64,000 nt of DNA, taken from contig OZ241456.1 of NCBI GenBank assembly GCA_965200875.1, forward strand, positions 768,001 through 832,000, read 5' to 3'. The DNA comes from Bdellovibrionales bacterium. GTDB lineage: Bacteria > Bdellovibrionota > Bdellovibrionia > Bdellovibrionales > UBA1609. Below are positions 60,043-64,000 of this stretch, piece after piece. Position 1 is the first letter of the stretch, and every line of letters begins with the position of its first letter. The position numbers were made by a program, and so were the translations under genes. The notes below the pieces were generated by a model, which searched no databases, had not been told where the DNA came from, and saw only the letters and a list, made by a program, of their open reading frames with translations.

Positions 60043-63000
60043 ATGAAAAAACATACAGAGAAATGGATCCAATTATCTGAAAGTTACAATCGATCAACAA
60101 ATTTGGAGTTGGATTTTAAGGATGTCAGTCGGCTAAAGGATATTTATCTGTCTTCCAAGTTTCAAGAAGGATTGAAAGAGGTTTTTACCTCTATCTTGGA
60201 AACAAACTCAAAACACCGGGTGAGAGTATTAAGTGGTTCTCCAGGACTTGGAAAATCCACCTTTGCTTTACTAATTGCGCAAATACTTTCCAAAAAACAC
60301 CCGAAGTTTATTGGCCATTTAATGAACCAAGCCAATAAAAAATTGCAAATTGATTTTAATCAATTTCAAAAATCAAGAAAGACAAAATTGTTACCGGTTT
60401 TTATTAATGGATATGAAGGAGAAATTGAAGAAGTATTTAAACATAATTTAAAAAAAGCATTATCAGAAAATAGCCTGTCTCTTAAAGGGGTTTTCAAAGA
60501 CACTTTGAAATTTTACAAAGCCAGTTTAAACACTTTAAAAACAAAGGGTTATAGTGGCATATTTGTTATTTATGATGAGTTTGGGAAATATCTGGAAAAA
60601 GCTTTGCACAGTCCTACAGATTTAAACATTCAGTTTTTGCAAAACTTTGCGGAATTTTGCGATCGCTCAGGAGAAACACAATGTCACCTGATGCTTATTA
60701 CTCACCTGTCTGTTTCTCAATATGCTAGTCAGCTTCCTATTAATGTTCAGCAGGAATGGGCGAAAGTTGAAGGCCGATTTCAGGAATCTGCTTTTTACGA
60801 TAAAAGCGCGGATTATTACAAAATGATTTCTGCTGTTTTTGAAAAAAATATTTCAGAAACTCATCCTTCTATAGCTGAAAAATATAAAACTTACATTAAT
60901 AAATATCTGGTAAATTTTTCCAAAGACGCATTGGAAGGTTTTATAGATTTAAAGAACATAAAATCCATTATTCTTAATTGTTTCCCTTTGCATCCAAGTG
61001 TTCTGGCTCTTTTGCCTCATCTCTCCAAAAAAGTGGCTCAAAATGAAAGAACCCTTTACACTTTTTTAACTCGCGATGAAGATAACTCTCTTAAAAGGTT
61101 TTTACAGGAAAAAACACAAATCACACTTCTTATGCCATATCATTTGTATAAGTATTTTCAACCCCTTATCGGAAAAGATATTGGTATAGGAGGTACTTAT
61201 AAAATTCAACTTATGGTGGAAGAAGCTTTTAAATATGTTAGTAAAACTGATGAAGTTTCAAAACAAATTATCAGTCTTATGGCTCTTTGCTCTGTTATTA
61301 AAGACACTCACTTTGCACCTTTGACAGAAGCCTTTATTATATCTTGTTTCAACCAAGATTATTCAAGAACAAATATTAAAAAATCCTTAACTTATCTGAG
61401 AAAGAAAAAAGTAATTTTCTATAACAAAAACACAAAACAATATCTTTTACAGGAAGGTTCTCCTGTTGATATTGACGAGGAAATAGCCAAACTGAAAAAT
61501 ATCACTCTTACCGGGAAAAGTCTTGTGCAGGTTTTAAAAAGATATTTTAAAACAGACTTTATTACTCCTAAAAAATATAATTTTGAAAACGCCATAACTC
61601 GATTTTATAGAACAGAAATTATTTCTGTTGAAGAGTTAAAAAATTTAAGCAAAAAAAACAACATTGATTTTTACAGAGAAGATGGCAGATTATTTTATGT
61701 AATCCCCTTTAGTCATGATGAACTAGTTTACGCAAGAAGGGAAATTCAGAAAATTTCATCTCCATTAACTGTTTTTTTACTACCAAAACAATTTATAGAA
61801 TGCAGAAAAGATATTGAAGAGTTAAACGCTGTTGATTGTCTATATAACAATAAGGAGATTTTATCAGCCAGCTCGTTGGTAAAAAAAGAACTGGATCGTC
61901 ATAAAGAAATATTACTTTCTTCTATAGATTCGCTTTTAAAGCCACTTATTGGTTATATGGGTCTTTCAGCAGATGTTATATATCCGACTGAGCTTTCAGA
62001 GCAAAAGGAAATAACTCACTTTAAAGATCTGGAAAGGTTTTTGGGTACGTTTTTTACAAAAGAGTACAATAAATATGTGAGTTTTAACCTAGAATACATG
62101 AATCGTCACAGTGTTTCAGGAAGCATCACTTTGGGTCGAAAGAAATTTTTGGACACTTTAAGATTTTATAAAGAAAAACCGAAGGGGGATATAACTTGCT
62201 TGATTAAAGGCCACGGGCCAGATTATGTGATTTTAGATACCATGTTAAGACTTTCCAGTTTTAAATACCATTCTGTGAAAAATATTTATGAAGTTTCTTC
62301 AAAGTCAGAGTATTATAAATTTTTTAAGGAGTATAAAAAAATCCTCTCCCAACACCCTCAAGGCATTAGTGCCAGTATGTTGTTGGATATACTGGTATCT
62401 CCTCCGTATGGTTTGCGCTTAGGTGTGATTCCGGTATTTATTTCCTTGGCAGACTTATGTTTTAAACAACCCGTAAGCCATTATTTTGATTCCGCTTATG
62501 TTAAAGATCTGGATGGAGATCATTATGATCTTTTAATGAAGTATCCAAAAAAAACTACTATTCACTACACTCCGATAGATAATAAAAAACAAAAATTTTT
62601 GGATGGACTGGGAAAAATATTTAAAGCTGATGGTGTGTCTGTGCGATCTGTTATTTCTGCTTTAGTAAAATGGAGAAGAGGTATCCCTGAGTCCACAAAA
62701 TTTTCTTCCGGTTTGTCTCAAGAGGGGAGAAAATTGCTTATTCAGATTGACTCTTCTAAACAGCCGGATCATCTGCTTTTTACCGGGATTCCTTATTGTT
62801 TTGAAAAAACAAATGTTGGTAGAGTAAACCTTCAAGGTACAAAAGATATTTTATTAAAGTTGAAAATAACAAAAAAAGAAATTGACGCAATTTATAGAAA
62901 TTTGCTGTTGAAGATGGAAAAAGAGCTTTCTAGTTTTATCTCGTTTATAAATGAGCAATGTTTAAACCATTCCGCAAGTAAAACCTTGCAGAATAAAAGA

Positions 63001-63705
63001 AAGAATGTAACTTTAGAGGCTGTTTCTTCCGTAGGTAAAGATCGGCAGAATAAAAGCCTGAATCAAATCAGTATAATTAAAAATTTTCAGAATATTCTTT
63101 CACAGGTAAAGAATTATCCCTTTAGCTCCAATACCAATCGATTTGTTGGAAGAGCACTAAACTTTCCTTCTTTCGGGCATAAACAATATTTTTTGGAAAC
63201 CATTGCTGATGTGTTGACTGGTTCTTCCCCTCGTTATTGGAATGGACAGGGTTATTCCATGTTTGAGTTTGCCTTAAAACGAGTTAAAACAGAAATAGAA
63301 TTAGGCGCGGAAATAGCTAACCCTCAGTTTAAGGGGAAATCTGTGTTAGCTTTTATTGATAAGGGGCAAAATAAAAAAACAATCATAAAACTAGGTGCTC
63401 AATTTGAGTTGGAAAAACGACTTGGCCTCGCTCTGGAACAAATAAACAAAACATTGGATTCTTTGGATGAGATAGATAAAAGAAAAGTTGTTTTAGCCTT
63501 GTTGGAGAATATTGACAAAAAAACTGCTACAGACAAAACTCTTAATTTTAATAGTGTCCAGTCTTCCAATAATGTTCAGCAGAAATACGGCTCTCAGCAT
63601 ACCTCTGTTTCGCGCTCTACTCCAAAGACATATCCTGCTACTACACAGCGTTCCCTTAATACGGGTCATTCCCTCACAAGCGGGAATCCTATATGGAAAA
63701 AGTAA
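60043..63705 (+). CDS. Large P-loop ATPase (SspC/BrxC-like)
   Basis: RSTNLELD, GSPGLGKS, IYDEFGKYLE, EWAKVEGRF, FPLHP, QNERTLYTFL, PPYGLRLG. Confidence 0.8.
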   Translation: MKKHTEKWIQLSESYNRSTNLELDFKDVSRLKDIYLSSKFQEGLKEVFTSILETNSKHRVRVLSGSPGLGKSTFALLIAQILSKKHPKFIGHLMNQANKKLQIDFNQFQKSRKTKLLPVFINGYEGEIEEVFKHNLKKALSENSLSLKGVFKDTLKFYKASLNTLKTKGYSGIFVIYDEFGKYLEKALHSPTDLNIQFLQNFAEFCDRSGETQCHLMLITHLSVSQYASQLPINVQQEWAKVEGRFQESAFYDKSADYYKMISAVFEKNISETHPSIAEKYKTYINKYLVNFSKDALEGFIDLKNIKSIILNCFPLHPSVLALLPHLSKKVAQNERTLYTFLTRDEDNSLKRFLQEKTQITLLMPYHLYKYFQPLIGKDIGIGGTYKIQLMVEEAFKYVSKTDEVSKQIISLMALCSVIKDTHFAPLTEAFIISCFNQDYSRTNIKKSLTYLRKKKVIFYNKNTKQYLLQEGSPVDIDEEIAKLKNITLTGKSLVQVLKRYFKTDFITPKKYNFENAITRFYRTEIISVEELKNLSKKNNIDFYREDGRLFYVIPFSHDELVYARREIQKISSPLTVFLLPKQFIECRKDIEELNAVDCLYNNKEILSASSLVKKELDRHKEILLSSIDSLLKPLIGYMGLSADVIYPTELSEQKEITHFKDLERFLGTFFTKEYNKYVSFNLEYMNRHSVSGSITLGRKKFLDTLRFYKEKPKGDITCLIKGHGPDYVILDTMLRLSSFKYHSVKNIYEVSSKSEYYKFFKEYKKILSQHPQGISASMLLDILVSPPYGLRLGVIPVFISLADLCFKQPVSHYFDSAYVKDLDGDHYDLLMKYPKKTTIHYTPIDNKKQKFLDGLGKIFKADGVSVRSVISALVKWRRGIPESTKFSSGLSQEGRKLLIQIDSSKQPDHLLFTGIPYCFEKTNVGRVNLQGTKDILLKLKITKKEIDAIYRNLLLKMEKELSSFISFINEQCLNHSASKTLQNKRKNVTLEAVSSVGKDRQNKSLNQISIIKNFQNILSQVKNYPFSSNTNRFVGRALNFPSFGHKQYFLETIADVLTGSSPRYWNGQGYSMFEFALKRVKTEIELGAEIANPQFKGKSVLAFIDKGQNKKTIIKLGAQFELEKRLGLALEQINKTLDSLDEIDKRKVVLALLENIDKKTATDKTLNFNSVQSSNNVQQKYGSQHTSVSRSTPKTYPATTQRSLNTGHSLTSGNPIWKK
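63665..63689 (+). repeat. Palindromic repeat copy inside the 3' end of the ATPase ORF
   Basis: GTCATTCCCTCACAAGCGGGAATCC. Confidence 0.85.
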
Positions 63706-63758
63706 TGTCAAGGATATACCTATTTGTTTTTTCTGATATTTATGACTTTCGTTAGTCA

Positions 63759-63866
63759 ATAGTCGAGGTTTTAGAAGTTTTTTATCTCAACAATAGGATA
63801 AAAGCGGGTTTATTTTCATCTTTCAAATAAATCTCTTATTTTTCCAGAAAAAATCATTTACATTAT
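63759..63866 (+). repeat. About 108-bp dispersed intergenic repeat, copy 2
   Basis: Aligns by eye with 38592-38699. Confidence 0.8.
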
Positions 63867-64000
63867 AATAAGGACTTAGAGAAAGAGAAAAAGAAAAGAC
63901 ATGATATTGTAAGTAGATTGGAAGGTATAGAAGATACTTATGAAGAGATAGAAGAGGCTAGACTATATGGCACAGAAGCAGATAATTGTGATAATTGTTG

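Noticed and set aside
41500..64000. Prophage or integrative element as carrier of the island
   Set aside because: No integrase, transposase, structural or conjugation genes and no att-like flanking repeat seen

Overview
AT-rich bacterial chromosome segment. Gene content suggests a Bdellovibrionota-like organism, possibly host-associated (secreted ankyrin and pentapeptide proteins); this is an inference, not a taxonomic assignment. The left half (1-31 kb) is mostly housekeeping: oppABC, mutL, dut, RNase HI, leucine-catabolism carboxylase genes and a stand-alone tRNA-Ile(GAT). A 23S-5S rRNA unit follows with no 16S gene in front of it, and its macrolide pocket carries unusual bases (2057A, 2058G, 2611G, 752U in E. 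coli numbering). At 36.7-41.2 kb are two divergent secreted-protease loci, each interrupted by a long poly-C tract; one is a subtilase whose catalytic residues are split over two separately secreted ORFs. From 41.5 to 64 kb lies a defence island: toxin-antitoxin-chaperone remnant, XRE-HsdM, AlbA_2 regulator, HEPN plus an MNT-HsdS fusion, adenine MTase, two ATPase/TOPRIM-type systems, a small GIY-YIG nuclease, and SspB/SspC-like genes interleaved with pentapeptide-repeat genes. A palindromic repeat family (GTCATTCCC-N8-GGGAATCC) runs through the window. It bounds gene cassettes, flanks the GIY-YIG gene, sits at an apparent deletion junction and is translated in frame inside HsdS. All family calls come from motif recognition by eye; no searches were run.
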